A DNA stretch of 63,965 nucleotides, counting the filler, from Octopus bimaculoides (taxonomy: Eukaryota), in the NCBI RefSeq assembly GCF_001194135.2. It is 5 parts of 5 records of this genome, joined end to end, with 100 filler letters (N's around TTAATTAATTAA, not from the genome) between each part and the next. Parts side by side here need not be neighbours in the genome. Positions count along the whole stretch, not along the records: positions 47,650 to 63,965 come from NC_068989.1; 4 more parts are not named here. The stretch is one strand, 5' to 3'. Each line of letters starts with the position of its first letter. Position 1 is the first letter of the stretch. A program made the position numbers and the translations under genes. The notes under the pieces were generated by a model, which was not told the origin of the DNA, searched no databases, and saw only the letters and a list, made by a program, of their open reading frames with translations. Below, piece by piece: positions 62,560-63,965 of this stretch.

Positions 62560-63729
62560 CATATTGCGTGCAGAAGCGAGCTGCTATCATCTCTAGCAGG
62601 TGAGGTGTCTACTATTGAGGTGCGGCAGCAATAGCCCGAAACCAGGACTGGTCTACTGGTCAAGTGGCTAGGAAATAGCAGGGGTTCGCTCTCCTGATCG
62701 CAATTTTATCGGATGCAGCTGTGCATCGTTAACCAGCTGAGAGGAGATGTCCTCTTGGGGTTAAAAAGTCGGAGCAGAGCCCACTCGAATGTACAGCCGT
62801 GTTAAAGTGGCAGCGAGTAATACTTGTCAGTATAACAACAGAGTAGATCTCCCAGATTTTGGAACTAGCATTTTTGCTTGAAGATACTTTCACTATTCTC
62901 TATTTTTTGTTTATTAACACCGAACTAAACCGGAAGTATAGTCATATTCTTTCTCCATCTTATGCACAGAATAGAAGATTAGTCTATCATATATGGCATT
63001 TTTCTTTTCCAAAACAAATTCAATGTGGCTTTGTTTTCAGAGTAAATACACATTCGTATAATACCACTGTGTACCATTGGCATATCAGATCTGATGGTAA
63101 AATCCAGTTGAAACTAAACAACAGGAGGCCATTATGGTTACATGAATTGAGGACATTTATTTATTATCTTTATTTATAAAGTATATTGTGAACAATGGAG
63201 CCGTTGCTTAAAAGTTTCCAGTGGGACAATCACAAGTTTATCGCATTTATGGTTTCGAATGAGACAAGTGTAAATCAAATTGTGAATGCATACACACACG
63301 CGCGCACACACACATCTGATTTTTCTTTTTTTAAATGTCTACTTACGCTCTGAGTTCATTTTCCACCAAGGTCGGATTTACCATCTATCTGTCTAGTGGT
63401 TATAAAATAAAATATAATACCAGAAAAATTGAAGCCTATTAAGCAGTGAAGGCGCGTGGCTTAGTGGGGTCGGATAGTTCTAAGTAGGGGTCGGATAGTT
63501 CTAATCCCGGCGCATTGTACTCTCGAGCAAGACTTTTTATTTCAAGTTGTCCCAATCCACTTAGCTGGCAAAATTTAGTCTCGCTGAATCTCTGTGGAAA
63601 CTACGTTCAACTTACGAACCTCTGTGGAGAGCTCAGCCACTTTGTACATTGAATATTAATTTCATTAGTAGACTGTTCCTTTTAGCGGATCAACTGGGAT
63701 ATACGTCGTCGTAACCGGCAGAATGCCAG

Positions 63730-63935
63730 ATTTTTTCTCTTTTACTTGTTTCAGTCATTTGACTGCGGCCATGGTGGGGCACCGCCTTTCGTCGAGCAAA
63801 TCGACCCCAGGACTTATTCTTTGTAAGCCTAGTACTTATTCTATCGGTCTCTTTTTGCCAAACAGCTAAGTTACGGGGACGTAAACACACCAGCATCGTT
63901 TTTCAAGCGATGGGGGGGTGACAAACACAGACACA
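63730..63935 (-). mobile_element. SINE family A, 3' half
   Basis: Reverse complement of the post-microsatellite segment. Confidence 0.85.
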
Positions 63936-63965
63936 CAAACACACATACATACATACACACATATA

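Noticed and set aside
62859-63179. 106-aa ORF with an internal AG/GT-bounded 56-nt segment
   Set aside because: TTG start, no recognisable domain, ordinary donor; insufficient support.

Overview
AT-rich, gap-ridden eukaryotic genomic DNA dominated by microsatellites and decayed transposons. The SINE and RTE families and the assembly style point to an octopus, probably Octopus bimaculoides; this is inference, not a database match. Four artificial 100-nt joins (44 N + TTAATTAATTAA + 44 N) split the window into five independently assembled segments, and an Illumina adapter remnant sits at 59002-59017. The only host gene I can recognise is the first coding exon of a fatty-acid-binding-protein (FABP/iLBP) gene on the minus strand (41467-41539, MASKLCAKWQIISSENFDEYMKAV-G). 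It has a TATA/Inr promoter and is absent from the ORF track; its exons 2-4 are not visible. A second, CpG-rich minus-strand promoter and first exon (21172-21415) with possible downstream non-coding exons is suggested. Mobile elements include three mariners plus a mariner MITE, a 3.4-kb pogo-type element with a C-terminal PHD finger, several RTE LINEs (one nested inside a mariner), a Penelope-like element (RT + GIY-YIG), an RLE-type LINE tail, a Helitron-like 3' end, hAT MITEs and many copies of three SINE families. The most notable structural signal is a complete minimal type I hammerhead ribozyme (minus strand, 24158-24227), plus non-canonical hammerhead-like motifs in other repeats. I see no prokaryotic system, CRISPR array, rRNA or true tRNA gene. 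Most long ORFs in the supplied track are artefacts of N gaps and microsatellites. I found no evidence of a wholly new multi-gene system; the findings are gene fragments, ribozyme motifs and TE biology.
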